NCBI GenBank assembly: GCA_022821845.1
Contig: JAJECT010000018.1
Coordinates: 20,306 to 84,305, forward strand
DNA: 64,000 nt
Direction of reading: 5' to 3'
Source of the DNA: Rhodothermales bacterium
GTDB lineage: Bacteria > Bacteroidota > Rhodothermia > Rhodothermales > VXPQ01
Made by a program: the position numbers and the translations under genes. The notes under the pieces are model-generated. The model did not search any database. It was not told the origin of the DNA and saw only the letters and a list, made by a program, of their open reading frames with translations. The first letter of the stretch is position 1; each line of letters opens with the position of its first letter. Of this stretch, positions 17,903-27,966 are shown in pieces.

Positions 17903-19387
17903 TCACCGCTTCCGAAACTCCTCCATAATCAAGTAGTGCTTCCGCTCAAGCCTTTTTACGGCCCCGTCGATCCACTTGCGGCGCCAAAGCAGCCCCGCCA
18001 GTCCCAGCAACGCGATCGCTATGCTGCCCCAATACATACCCGGCAGGAGCAATACGAGTAAAAAGGGAATGAGTATCCCCGGCAGCACCCAAAGGCCCGT
18101 AATCCACGAATTCTTATCCCACCGAGCGGCAACGACGCCAAAAACCTGGCCGTTGAGTTCAAGCCGCCTGGCGTCCAGAACCCATGTGTAGGGCACAGTA
18201 TATTTCAACGCTAAACCATACAAAAGCATACACCCGACAAAAAACAGCGATCCGAATCCTTTTATAATAACAAAAATGATTGCAATAAGACCAAGCGTTC
18301 CAAATAATGCTATGTTGGCAATAGAAAAACTGCTTGTCAATATCGAATGGATAGATACGGGTCGAGACATCAGGCCATCATAGAATGTGCTTCGAAAATT
18401 AAAAGCGCCCATCATAAACTGCAAACAGCCCAAAACAGGCATCAACAAGCCCATGGTCATCTCCGTAGGAGATACATCCGACAAACTGGACATGCCAATG
18501 GCGATCCAGCCGCCGAATACTACGAAATAGACGCTCAGGAACATCAGCATCCGGGGGCGCTTGTTCCGCCAGATCAACTTCCACTCGAAAGCCAGCATCC
18601 CGTCGGCGAACGAATGCCTCAGTCCCTTCCCGACCGCCTTGGCGCGCGAGCGGGACAGGATACTGTTGTCCACGTAAAGCGACCGAATCACCTGCCCGGT
18701 GGATACGTACAGCGCCGCCCCGCTTGCGACGAGCGCCGCGGCCAAAGGCCAGAAAGCCCCCTCCAACATCGCCCCGAACAACGCCATGGAAAGGCCAGAC
18801 AAGGTCGAAATGTCGTACCGCCACTCTATCGCCGCCAGCCCCGCGACGACAAGAAGCGTACAAATAACAGGCAGGTAGCGCCGCGCAAGCGACATCCGCA
18901 GCAGGTTCGCCAGAAAATGAAACCCGGCGGATAACGTCAGGAAAAGCAGCATCCAGCCCCAGGCATAGGGAACGCCCGCCACAAGAAAATTGCTGATCCA
19001 GAAAAATAAAACGAACAAAAACGGCAATAAATTAAATTGCCCGAAAACGCTTATCGCCTGATAAAAAAGCGCGACTTTCCCCCGACCGATCGGAGTGGGC
19101 AGGTACGGAAACAGCGGAAGGGCTATCTGGGGCCGAAAAAGAATATCCAGGGCGCCCCATACAATGAAAAAATACAAGGCGAACCGGCTGGCGAGGACCG
19201 CCATGTCCACGTCGAAAAAGAGTTCCCTCGCCAGCAAGCCGCCAAACAACCCGCCCGCCATCGCGTACAGATACAGCGGCATCCATACGAACAGGATGGT
19301 AAGCGCCTTCATCGCCAGTTTCATCTCCCCGAAACGGGAGCGGCGAATGCTTTTCAGGTAATTCGAGGCAAGGGAACGAATCAGCAC
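17903..19387 (-). CDS. ABC-associated multi-pass membrane protein (putative permease, uncharacterised family)
   Basis: It is the paralog of the previous gene and the first gene of the minus-strand cluster. The gap to the next gene is 7 nt. Confidence 0.8.
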   Translation of the reverse strand: MLIRSLASNYLKSIRRSRFGEMKLAMKALTILFVWMPLYLYAMAGGLFGGLLARELFFDVDMAVLASRFALYFFIVWGALDILFRPQIALPLFPYLPTPIGRGKVALFYQAISVFGQFNLLPFLFVLFFWISNFLVAGVPYAWGWMLLFLTLSAGFHFLANLLRMSLARRYLPVICTLLVVAGLAAIEWRYDISTLSGLSMALFGAMLEGAFWPLAAALVASGAALYVSTGQVIRSLYVDNSILSRSRAKAVGKGLRHSFADGMLAFEWKLIWRNKRPRMLMFLSVYFVVFGGWIAIGMSSLSDVSPTEMTMGLLMPVLGCLQFMMGAFNFRSTFYDGLMSRPVSIHSILTSSFSIANIALFGTLGLIAIIFVIIKGFGSLFFVGCMLLYGLALKYTVPYTWVLDARRLELNGQVFGVVAARWDKNSWITGLWVLPGILIPFLLVLLLPGMYWGSIAIALLGLAGLLWRRKWIDGAVKRLERKHYLIMEEFRKR

Positions 19388-19510
19388 GAGACAAGGACAA
19401 ACAGGTTAACGCTTTGGGCTACAGCCGGAATTCGAAGGCCCGTGCCCGCCGCACAGGTACGATAAATCACTTCATGCGCCATAGACAAAACCAACCCGCA
19501 AAAGCGATTT

Positions 19511-22414
19511 TCAGTTCCGCCCGAGTTCGCTTTCCCGCCCTCGGTTGTCCGCTTCCCCGGACGCCTCCGAATCCGCCGACGCCTCCGGGTACAACACGAA
19601 TTTTGCGTACTGGTCCTCGCGCAAGTACCGGTTCGCAGCTTCCTGCACCTGCTGCGCCGTCCACCCATCGATCAGGTCATAGGAAGGGATCGTCCGCAGG
19701 TCGCGCCCTTGCTCATCCATGCCTTCCATCCGGCCAAGCCAGTAGCCGTTTTCGCGCAGGTTCGTCTCCTTTGCGCGCCGCTGCGATTCGCGCACCTTGT
19801 CCACGGTTTCCGCATCGGGCCCCTCGGTCCTGATCCGCGCGATTTCCTCGAATACGACTTCCGCCAATTCCTCGGCCCGCTCCGGAGCCGAACCGAAATT
19901 GATCGTTACGGAATATTCCTCGTCCGGGCGATACGACAGCGAACCTCCCACGCCTACGCCGTACGTCCCGCCCAAATCCTCGCGCAACAGTTCGCGAAGA
20001 CGAATTTCCAGTATGCTGGCCAGCGCGCCCAGCGCAATCGATTCTTCGGGGGAGTACGCCCCTTCGCCCGCAAACACGATCTGCGTCTGGCTTTGCGGCT
20101 CCATGCCCTTGTACACGGCCTTTTCGATCACGCCGGACGGCGGGTCCACGCCCAGATCGCGCCAGGTTTCCTCGCGCCCAAGGTTCGGCAACGCCCCAAG
20201 ATATTGCTCGACCAGCGGGCGAATGCCCTCCAGATCGAACGCGCCCACGAAATAGAAGGTAAAATCGCTTGCATCCGCAAAACGGTCCTGGTAAAAAGCG
20301 AAGGCCCGGTCCAGATCCAGCTCCGCAAGGCGTTCCCGGGTAAACGGCTGCGACGCCCGCGGATGCCCCTGCGTCATCGTGGCCCGGATCGTATCCGAGA
20401 ACGCCACATTCGGGTTGGCCTCCCGATTCGCCAGCACCCCGTCCATAAACGCCTTGTACGCCTCGAACGCCATTTCGTCCTTGCGCGGCGCCGTGAAGTA
20501 CAAATATACCAGTTGGAACGCTGTTTCCAGGTCTTTGGGCGATGCAAACCCGCTGATCACCTCGCTCAGCGAACCCAACCCAGGGGAAACGCCCGCCACC
20601 TTGCCCGACAGTTTCTTTTGCAGCGCCGTATCGTCGAACGCGCCCACGCCGGAGCGAAGCACAAAGGCAGCCGCCCGATTCGTGCTTGGATAATGTTCGT
20701 CGGGCCCCAGCGACGAGCCTCCCGGACTGCTTGCCGAAAACAGCACCTCGTCGTCCTTGAAGTCGGTGGGCTTCAGCAATACGCGCACGCCATTCTCCAG
20801 CGTCCAGGTCGTAATGTCCACCTCTTCCACGGTCTCTTGGGCCACCACCGGAGACCCCTCCGGCAACGTCGGCACAAGCGGCGCGTCGACTACCGCGTCG
20901 TCGTACGGTTCGACGTCCGCCGCAGCCACCGCCTCGAACAGCGCGGTCAGGTCGTCCTCTCCGGGCGTCTCGACGCCTTCCTTTTCGGGGCCGCTCGCCA
21001 GCACCACGCGCCCCTCTTCCGCCAGCCATTGTCCGGCGAATACATTCGTTTCCTCCAGCGTAATCCCGGGCAACAGGGCACGGACGATCTCCACCTCCGT
21101 TTCAATGTCCGGATACGGATAGCCATGCAGGAACACCTGCGCGTATCCGCCGGCCAGCGCGCCCGACTCCCGATTTTCGCGCTCCGCAAGGCCCTGCTCG
21201 TAGCCCCGGAGCAAATCGACTTTCTGTCGCTCGAATTCGGTGACCGTAAACCCGTGCCGCACCACCCGCTCCGCCTCGGTAAGCAGCGCGCGCAGGCCCG
21301 CCTCCACGCCGCCCTCCGAAACAATGGCCACAAGTTGATACGCGTCAATGACCCGAACGAACCCGCCTTGCCCGGAAAACGCGAACAAAAACGGCGGATC
21401 CGCCTGCTGGGTCAGTTCCTGCAAGCGGGCGTTCAGCATGCCCGAATACAGACTCTGAACAAGCCCCCGCCGAAAGTCCCCAACGGTCCCGTGCGGCGCG
21501 CGCGGCTGCTTGTACAAGACGCCCGCCTGAGACATTTGCGCCTCCTCGTCCGTCGCAATCGCCACCAGCGGAGGATGATCCAGGGGCACGTCGGCAAACG
21601 TCCGGGGCCGGGGATCGTCCGGCCCGGTCAAATCCCCGAACGTATCGCGTATCGTCGCCTCGATTGCGTCCCCGTCGAAATCCCCCACCGCCACGACGCC
21701 CATCAGGTCCGGCCGGTACCAGTCGCGGTAAAACCGCCGCAGCGTCTCCGCCGGGACATGCTCAATAATTTCCGGCAACCCGATGGGCAAACGCTCCGCG
21801 TACAACGAACCGTGCAACATCACCGGGAGCTGCTTGTCCTGCATCCGCGCCGCCGCGCCGCGCCGCAGCCGCCACTCCTCGATCACCACGCCCCGTTCCT
21901 TCTCCACTTCCTCGTCCTCGAAAAGCACGCCCCCCGCCCAGTCCCGGAGAATCCGAAAGCCGGTCGCAAGCGCCTCGGGATCGTCCAGCGGCACTTGCAG
22001 CATGTAGACCGTTTCGTCGAAACTCGTATAGGCGTTCAGATCGGGGCCGAACTGCATGCCGATCGACTCCAGATAATCGACCAGTTCCTGCTTTTCGAAG
22101 CGTTCGGTGCCGTTGAACGCCATGTGCTCCACGAAATGGGCCAGCCCGCGCTGGTCCTCGTCCTCGACGATAGACCCCGCATTCACGATGAGGCGCAATT
22201 CGGCCCGATTCTCCGGCCTGTCGTTCTCCTGAACGAAGTAACGCAGTCCATTGTCCAGCTGACCGACCGCGACCGAGGAATCCGGCGGAATGGGGTCCTC
22301 CGGCGACCACGTCTGCGCCGCCGCATCGGTCCGGGGGGCAAAAAACAACAGGCCGGCGCACAAGAATGCAACAAAGCGAGCGACCGCTGCCCGGGAACGC
22401 AAGAAATACGTCAT
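19511..22414 (-). CDS. M16 (pitrilysin/insulinase) family zinc peptidase, double-length and secreted
   Basis: The HxxEH zinc motif appears as GLAHFVEHMAFNGT. A signal peptide is present if the start is MTYFLRS (ATG at 22414). The two halves are M16-like. Confidence 0.9.
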   Translation of the reverse strand: MTYFLRSRAAVARFVAFLCAGLLFFAPRTDAAAQTWSPEDPIPPDSSVAVGQLDNGLRYFVQENDRPENRAELRLIVNAGSIVEDEDQRGLAHFVEHMAFNGTERFEKQELVDYLESIGMQFGPDLNAYTSFDETVYMLQVPLDDPEALATGFRILRDWAGGVLFEDEEVEKERGVVIEEWRLRRGAAARMQDKQLPVMLHGSLYAERLPIGLPEIIEHVPAETLRRFYRDWYRPDLMGVVAVGDFDGDAIEATIRDTFGDLTGPDDPRPRTFADVPLDHPPLVAIATDEEAQMSQAGVLYKQPRAPHGTVGDFRRGLVQSLYSGMLNARLQELTQQADPPFLFAFSGQGGFVRVIDAYQLVAIVSEGGVEAGLRALLTEAERVVRHGFTVTEFERQKVDLLRGYEQGLAERENRESGALAGGYAQVFLHGYPYPDIETEVEIVRALLPGITLEETNVFAGQWLAEEGRVVLASGPEKEGVETPGEDDLTALFEAVAAADVEPYDDAVVDAPLVPTLPEGSPVVAQETVEEVDITTWTLENGVRVLLKPTDFKDDEVLFSASSPGGSSLGPDEHYPSTNRAAAFVLRSGVGAFDDTALQKKLSGKVAGVSPGLGSLSEVISGFASPKDLETAFQLVYLYFTAPRKDEMAFEAYKAFMDGVLANREANPNVAFSDTIRATMTQGHPRASQPFTRERLAELDLDRAFAFYQDRFADASDFTFYFVGAFDLEGIRPLVEQYLGALPNLGREETWRDLGVDPPSGVIEKAVYKGMEPQSQTQIVFAGEGAYSPEESIALGALASILEIRLRELLREDLGGTYGVGVGGSLSYRPDEEYSVTINFGSAPERAEELAEVVFEEIARIRTEGPDAETVDKVRESQRRAKETNLRENGYWLGRMEGMDEQGRDLRTIPSYDLIDGWTAQQVQEAANRYLREDQYAKFVLYPEASADSEASGEADNRGRESELGRN

Positions 22415-22424
22415 GGCTACTGCG

Positions 22425-22790
22425 CTATTCCGCCGCCGCAGGCGGATCATTGCGAAAACTCTCGGCGGCCGCCGATACCGAATCGTAGGCGGTAAACACC
22501 GGGCCAAGCAAACGGGTCATCATAAACAGATTGCGAACGCGCTTCTCCATATTGGCCAGCCGCACCTCGCCGCCCGCCTTGCGCATGGTCGTCAACCCGC
22601 CGATCAGCGCGCCGATGCCGGAAGAATCCATAAACTCCGTTTCTCCCAGGTCGATGACCACGTTGACCTTGCCGGATTCCTTGAGTTGGTCCAGCGCGTC
22701 CTTGAGTTCGGAGCCGTGCACGCTGCCGAGAAACTTGCCCTTGATCTGGACAATGGACGCCTGGTACTGATCTTGAACGCTGATGCTCAT
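22425..22790 (-). CDS. STAS-domain anti-sigma-factor antagonist
   Basis: The sequence MSISVQDQYQ...VVIDLGETEFMDSSGIGALIG...RLANMEKRVRNLFMMTRL is typical of SpoIIAA-like proteins. The start is set at the ATG at 22790. Confidence 0.85.
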   Translation of the reverse strand: MSISVQDQYQASIVQIKGKFLGSVHGSELKDALDQLKESGKVNVVIDLGETEFMDSSGIGALIGGLTTMRKAGGEVRLANMEKRVRNLFMMTRLLGPVFTAYDSVSAAAESFRNDPPAAAE

Positions 22791-22934
22791 GTCGAAAAGA
22801 GTTTTCGCGCGCCCTTGCATGGCGCAATGAAACAAAGCGATGCGGCGCGCGAGACGGAAATTCCGCCGCCGCGCACATCTCCGCACCCTGTGCGTATGTT
22901 ATAGGGCGTAAGGTACGTAAAACCGTAAACATTT

Positions 22935-25013
22935 ATGCAGCATATCGCAGAAACCGGCTCCGCGTTTCGTCTAACGTCGCCTTTTCGGCCCACGGGCGAC
23001 CAGCCCCGGGCCATCGACGAACTGACCGAAGGCGTACTGCGCGGCGATCCCGCCCAGGTCCTCCTGGGCGCCACGGGCACGGGCAAAACATTCTCCATGG
23101 CGCATGTGATCCAGCGCGTCGAGCGGCCCACCCTGATCATGAGCCACAACAAAACGCTCGCCGCGCAATTGTACGCGGAACTCAAGTCCTTCTTCCCGGA
23201 CAACGCCGTCGAATTCTTCATCTCCTATTACGACTACTACCAGCCCGAAGCCTATATCGTACCGACGGATACGTACATCGAAAAAGACATGTCGATCAAC
23301 GACCGGATCGACCGCCTCCGCCTGCGCGCCACCAGTTCGCTCGTCTCGGGGCGCAGCGACGTGATCGTCGTAGCCAGCGTGTCCTGCATCTACGGCCTTG
23401 GCTCGCCCGAAGAATACCGCTCGGAAATCGTGCAGGTCAAGCGGGGGGAGGACGTCCCCCGCAACGACCTGCTGCGCCGCCTCGTTCATATCTACTATGC
23501 GCGAAACGACGTGGAATTCGCGCCGGGCGTCTTCCGGGTGCGCGGCGACGTGGTGGAAATCTGGCCGGCTTATTCGGAAGAGACCGCCTGCCGGATCGAG
23601 TTCTGGGGAGACGAAGTGGAAAAAATCACCTGGTTCGAGGCCCGAACGGGAAGCGCGCTGCGGGAAGAAAACTATCTCACCATCTATCCGGCCAAACTTT
23701 TCGTCACCCCGAAAGAAAAAATGGCGGGGATCGTCGCCGGGATCGAGGACGAATTGCGGTGGCGCCTGAGCGTGCTCCGCGCCGAGGGGCGGCTCCTTGA
23801 AGCGCAGCGCCTCGAACAACGCACCCGGTTCGACCTCGAAATGATGAAGGAAGTCGGGTACTGCTCCGGCGTCGAAAACTATTCGCGGCACCTGTCGGGG
23901 CGCGAACCAGGCCAGCGTCCGTACTGCCTGTTCGATTATTTCCCGGACGACATGCTCCTTGTCATCGACGAGAGCCATGTAACCATCCCGCAGGTGCGGG
24001 CCATGTACAATGGGGACCGCGCCCGCAAACTAGTCCTCGTGGAGCACGGATTCCGGCTGCCTTCCGCCCTGGACAACCGGCCCATGACGTTCGAGGAATT
24101 CGAGGCGGAAAGCCCGCAAGCCATTTACGTCAGCGCGACGCCAAGCGACTACGAAATGGAAAAAAGCGAGGGCGTATTCGTGGAGCAAATCATCCGGCCC
24201 ACCGGCATTCCCGACCCCGAAGTGGACGTGCGGCCCTCGGAAAACCAGATCGACGACCTGCTCGAAGAAATTCGCAAGCGAACGCAGGCAAAGGAACGGA
24301 CGCTCGTAACCACGCTCACGAAGCGCATGGCCGAAGACCTCAGCGACTACCTGGCCTCGCACGGCGTGGCCGTGCGCTACATGCATTCGGACATCGACGC
24401 GCTGGAGCGGGTGGAGATTTTGCGCGACTTGCGCCTGGGCGCATTCGACGTGCTGGTGGGCGTGAACCTGCTCCGGGAGGGACTCGACCTGCCCGAAGTT
24501 TCGCTCGTGGCCATCATCGACGCGGACAAGGAGGGGTTCCTGCGCAGCGAACGCTCCCTGATTCAGACCGCAGGGCGCGCGGCCCGCAACGCGAACGGCG
24601 CCATTGTGATGTACGCGGACAGAATCACGGGCTCCATGCAAAAAATGATGAACGAAACCGAGCGGCGGCGCAAAATCCAGCTTGCCTGGAACAAGCGACG
24701 CCAAATCACGCCGGAAACCATCTACAAATCGCACGAAGAGATTCGCAAGGGAACGATCATCGCCGAAGAGCGGGCGACCTACGAAGTGCAGCCGGAGCGC
24801 TACTATAGCGGCCCGAAACAGCTCGGAGGCGTCGTGGACCCGGTCGTAAAGCATCTCGACGACGACCAGAGGCGCGATCTCGCAGACCAGATGCGCAAGG
24901 AGATGCGGCGCGCCGCCGAGGCGCTGGATTTCGAAAAGGCCGCCCGGCTACGCGACGAAATAGAACAAATCGAGGCCCTGCTGAACCCGAAAAAGGAAAC
25001 CGCCGCCCGATAA
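22935..25013 (+). CDS. uvrB: Excinuclease ABC subunit B
   Basis: It shows the [18 protein letters not shown]-terminus, GATGTGKTF, the beta-hairpin region [10 protein letters not shown], and the C-terminal UVR motif [10 protein letters not shown]. Confidence 0.97.
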   Translation: MQHIAETGSAFRLTSPFRPTGDQPRAIDELTEGVLRGDPAQVLLGATGTGKTFSMAHVIQRVERPTLIMSHNKTLAAQLYAELKSFFPDNAVEFFISYYDYYQPEAYIVPTDTYIEKDMSINDRIDRLRLRATSSLVSGRSDVIVVASVSCIYGLGSPEEYRSEIVQVKRGEDVPRNDLLRRLVHIYYARNDVEFAPGVFRVRGDVVEIWPAYSEETACRIEFWGDEVEKITWFEARTGSALREENYLTIYPAKLFVTPKEKMAGIVAGIEDELRWRLSVLRAEGRLLEAQRLEQRTRFDLEMMKEVGYCSGVENYSRHLSGREPGQRPYCLFDYFPDDMLLVIDESHVTIPQVRAMYNGDRARKLVLVEHGFRLPSALDNRPMTFEEFEAESPQAIYVSATPSDYEMEKSEGVFVEQIIRPTGIPDPEVDVRPSENQIDDLLEEIRKRTQAKERTLVTTLTKRMAEDLSDYLASHGVAVRYMHSDIDALERVEILRDLRLGAFDVLVGVNLLREGLDLPEVSLVAIIDADKEGFLRSERSLIQTAGRAARNANGAIVMYADRITGSMQKMMNETERRRKIQLAWNKRRQITPETIYKSHEEIRKGTIIAEERATYEVQPERYYSGPKQLGGVVDPVVKHLDDDQRRDLADQMRKEMRRAAEALDFEKAARLRDEIEQIEALLNPKKETAAR

Positions 25014-25172
25014 CGCGACGGAACCGGCCTGGCCCTCGCGCGTTGACCGTCCGCTGTTTTTGTGGTTACCCGCGATATGCACGCGATTATCTGCGCGGTC
25101 CCGATACCCGGCGCGTACCGCCTCTGCGATACCCTCTACAATACCCTTTACAAGATTCGCCCGCCGCTTGCG

Positions 25173-25406
25173 ATGAAAAAAGATATACACCCCGCGTACA
25201 AGAAACTCAAGGTCCAGCTGGCCAACGGCGACACCTTCGAAACGCGCTCGACCATGGCGAGCGACCTGCACAAATCCGAGGTCGATTCGACGAACCATCC
25301 CTTCTACACGGGCCGGCGGCAATACGTGGACACCGCCGGACGCGTCGAAAAATTCCGGCGGCGCTATGGCGTGAAGGCAAACCCCGAAGAAGCCGAAACC
25401 GCCTGA
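25173..25406 (+). CDS. rpmE: 50S ribosomal protein L31
   Basis: MKKDIHPAYKKLKV...STNHPFYTGRRQYVDTAGRVEKFRRRYG. The start is set at the ATG at 25173. Confidence 0.95.
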   Translation: MKKDIHPAYKKLKVQLANGDTFETRSTMASDLHKSEVDSTNHPFYTGRRQYVDTAGRVEKFRRRYGVKANPEEAETA

Positions 25407-25493
25407 TTTCCCGGAGGCCGCGACGCCGCGCTGGATTGCCGCGATTGCGCGCCCGCATACTCGTATTGCGACAGCCCCGGAACGCCTGTTCGT

Positions 25494-26132
25494 ATGTCGC
25501 GAAAAGGTCGTAGCATGAACGCCCTGCGTCCGGGAATGAGCGTCGAGGAGTTCGACGACGGCTACTACTACGCCGCCGACCTGAAGGCTTTCGCTCGCGA
25601 GGTTGGTATCCCCACGGGCAACTTCCGCAAGTTCGAACTGGAGGCGTTGATCCGGGATTTCCTGCGGACGGGCAAAGTCCCGGACTGCAAACCGGTCCTG
25701 CCGCGCAAGGCGGGCGCCGCGCGCGACGCGCTGCAACCTGATGCGGTCGTAACCAACTATGTCGGGGACAAGAAGACCAAGGCCTTCCTGCTGGCGCTGG
25801 TCCACGCCGACGCGCCAGCGCTCGCCCGCAAGTCGGGGCAGTGGTACTGGCTCAACGACTGGCGGCGCAAGAAGCAGGAAGCGCAGGCGCGCTTCACCTA
25901 TCGCGACCTGGCCAACCATCTGCGCGCGCTAATGCAGACCGAAGGCCGCCTGCCCCGGATTCCCTCCGCCCGCATGAACAACTTCCTCTCCGATTTCCGG
26001 GCGGATCCGGCCCATGCGGGCGTTTCGAGAGAAGAGGCGCTCAAGGCGTGGCATTGGCTGAAGGCGCAGCCAGGACCCAAAACCTACGCCGCGTATCGCC
26101 GGCTAACCTCTCCCGAAGCGGCGGAATACTAA
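25494..26132 (+). CDS. Hypothetical protein
   Basis: It is a 212-aa ORF with protein-like composition and sits upstream of the PspA-family gene. I recognise no motif with confidence. Confidence 0.55.
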   Translation: MSRKGRSMNALRPGMSVEEFDDGYYYAADLKAFAREVGIPTGNFRKFELEALIRDFLRTGKVPDCKPVLPRKAGAARDALQPDAVVTNYVGDKKTKAFLLALVHADAPALARKSGQWYWLNDWRRKKQEAQARFTYRDLANHLRALMQTEGRLPRIPSARMNNFLSDFRADPAHAGVSREEALKAWHWLKAQPGPKTYAAYRRLTSPEAAEY

Positions 26133-26257
26133 AGATACCCAAGGACGATAGCGGCGTCCGGTTCGACGAATCCTTCCGAGACGCTTTTCGTAACATCCCT
26201 GACGAATTCGTTATATTTTATCAATTCGCCCGCTCCCATAAGCAAACCCTGCGCGTC

Positions 26258-27019
26258 ATGTCTGTCTGGTCCCGGTTCACCCGCTTCATCAAATCCATTT
26301 TCGGGGGAGCCATTTCCGCAATGGAGAATCCCCGCCTCATTCTGGAGCAGAATATTCGGGAATTGAACGATCAAGTGCCGAAAATGAACGAGAACATCGC
26401 CAGCGTCAAGGCGAATGTGATTCTGCTGCAAAAGCACCTGAAACGGGCGGAAAGCGAGGTCGCCGGACTGGTGGCCAAGGTAAAAGCCGGCATCCAGGCA
26501 GGACGCGACGACATCGCGCAGCGCTATGCGTTGCAGCTCGAAAAGGCCCGGGAATCCGCCACAAGCACCAAGGAACAACTCGTGCACGCCTCGGCGGCCT
26601 ACGACAAGGCGCTCCAGGTCAAGAAAGCCTTCATGCGGGAAAAAGATCGCAAGATACAGGAGGCGAAACATGCCCTGCGAGAGCACGAGCGGGCGCAATG
26701 GCAGTCGAAGATCGCCGATACGCTGGAGCAATTCGAGGTGACAGGCATCGACCATACCCACGACGAAATGCTCCAGCGCCTGCAGGAAGACACGGCCCAC
26801 AGCGAAGCGCGGCTGGAAATGGCCCTCGACTCCGCGGACCAGGACGCGCTGCGGATCGAGGAGGACGCCGAAGAAATTCGCGCCTCGGAAATCGTCAAGC
26901 AACTCAAGGCGGAAATGGGCATGGCGGAAATCGCCGGGGACAGCGAGGGGGAAGCGGCGGACGAGGAAGCGATAAAATCAGCGAAAACCATCGGCAAACA
27001 ACGCGCAGGCGGGGCATAG
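26258..27019 (+). CDS. pspA: PspA/IM30 (Vipp1) family membrane-stress protein
   Basis: MSVWSRFTRFIKSIFGGAISAMENPRLILEQNIRELNDQ... is the canonical PspA N-terminal amphipathic helix. It is followed by a long coiled coil. The start is set at the ATG at 26258. Confidence 0.9.
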   Translation: MSVWSRFTRFIKSIFGGAISAMENPRLILEQNIRELNDQVPKMNENIASVKANVILLQKHLKRAESEVAGLVAKVKAGIQAGRDDIAQRYALQLEKARESATSTKEQLVHASAAYDKALQVKKAFMREKDRKIQEAKHALREHERAQWQSKIADTLEQFEVTGIDHTHDEMLQRLQEDTAHSEARLEMALDSADQDALRIEEDAEEIRASEIVKQLKAEMGMAEIAGDSEGEAADEEAIKSAKTIGKQRAGGA

Positions 27020-27094
27020 GCCACCCGGCGGCTATCCTGCGCGGACCGCATACGGAACCCCGCCTCGCCGCAGGCGAAGACCGAGGAGCATGAC

Positions 27095-27961
27095 GTGAGT
27101 TATCAGGAAATAAATTACACGAAAGAGGCGTTTCTGAATCCGCTCAATCTCGGATTCCTGATCGCAGCCATGCTCACGGCATTTTTCCTGAGCGACGCGG
27201 GGGGAATGGTTTTCGACGTCGCGCTGATCATGAGTTTCGCGGCGGAACTCATCTATCTCGGCGCCATGCCTCGCAACAAGCGCTTTCGCCGAAGCGTCCG
27301 GGCGCGTCGCGCCGCCGAACACGCCAAACCACCCTCCACCAAGGAGATGTTTCGCCTGCTGACCAAATCCAGTCAGCGGCGTTACGTACGCCTTCGGAAA
27401 CTCGAAAAAGAGATTTCCGCCCATTACCGCAAGCTGAGCTACGCAACGCAGGGCCTGCTGGAAAGCCACCTCAGGAAGATCGACGGGCTGCTGAATTCGT
27501 ACCTGAACATGCTGTACCAGAAGCAGCGGTACGAACTTTCGACGCACAGCAGCCGGGAACGGGAAGTGGTCCAGTCCATTGCGCACCTTCGCACCGACAT
27601 GCTGGACGATTCCGAAAAGGTGCGGGCCATCAAGAAACGCCGCCTCCGGGTGCTGGAACAGCGCTTGCAGCGTTTCAAGAAAGGCGTGGAGCAGCTGGAG
27701 GTCCTCGATGCGCAAATCGAGACGATCGAGGACGTCGTCAAGTATATTCACGAACAATCCCTGACGCTCCGCAATCCGGAGGAGATCACGTTCCAGCTCG
27801 ACACGCTTCTGCAGGAAGTAGGGGAAACGGAGGCCGCCATCTCTGAAATCGAGGACATCTTCGCGCCCACCGCAAACCTGCTGGACGACATGGCCAGCTT
27901 CCAGCCGGAAGAGGACGCCGGCGACGCGCTCCATTCCAGCGTCTCGCGCACAAGAACCTGA
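27095..27961 (+). CDS. Hypothetical membrane-anchored coiled-coil protein
   Basis: It has two N-terminal hydrophobic helices followed by charged heptad-like sequence. It is tightly linked between the PspA-like and CNNM-type genes. Confidence 0.6.
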   Translation: MSYQEINYTKEAFLNPLNLGFLIAAMLTAFFLSDAGGMVFDVALIMSFAAELIYLGAMPRNKRFRRSVRARRAAEHAKPPSTKEMFRLLTKSSQRRYVRLRKLEKEISAHYRKLSYATQGLLESHLRKIDGLLNSYLNMLYQKQRYELSTHSSREREVVQSIAHLRTDMLDDSEKVRAIKKRRLRVLEQRLQRFKKGVEQLEVLDAQIETIEDVVKYIHEQSLTLRNPEEITFQLDTLLQEVGETEAAISEIEDIFAPTANLLDDMASFQPEEDAGDALHSSVSRTRT

Positions 27962-27966
27962 CGCGA

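Noticed and set aside
25841-26257. N-terminal extensions in the ORF track for several genes. These are pspA (25841), floA (31051), the GalK-like gene (53367), fmt (53992), the pgsA-like gene (55646), ispG (56847), rhomboid (58571), ispE (62353), the M16 peptidase (22507), the STAS gene (22886), the ABC ATPase (16424) and sucA (42315).
   Set aside because: The extensions overlap neighbouring genes and have non-protein-like composition. Internal ATGs give N-termini that match the families, so I trimmed the coordinates.
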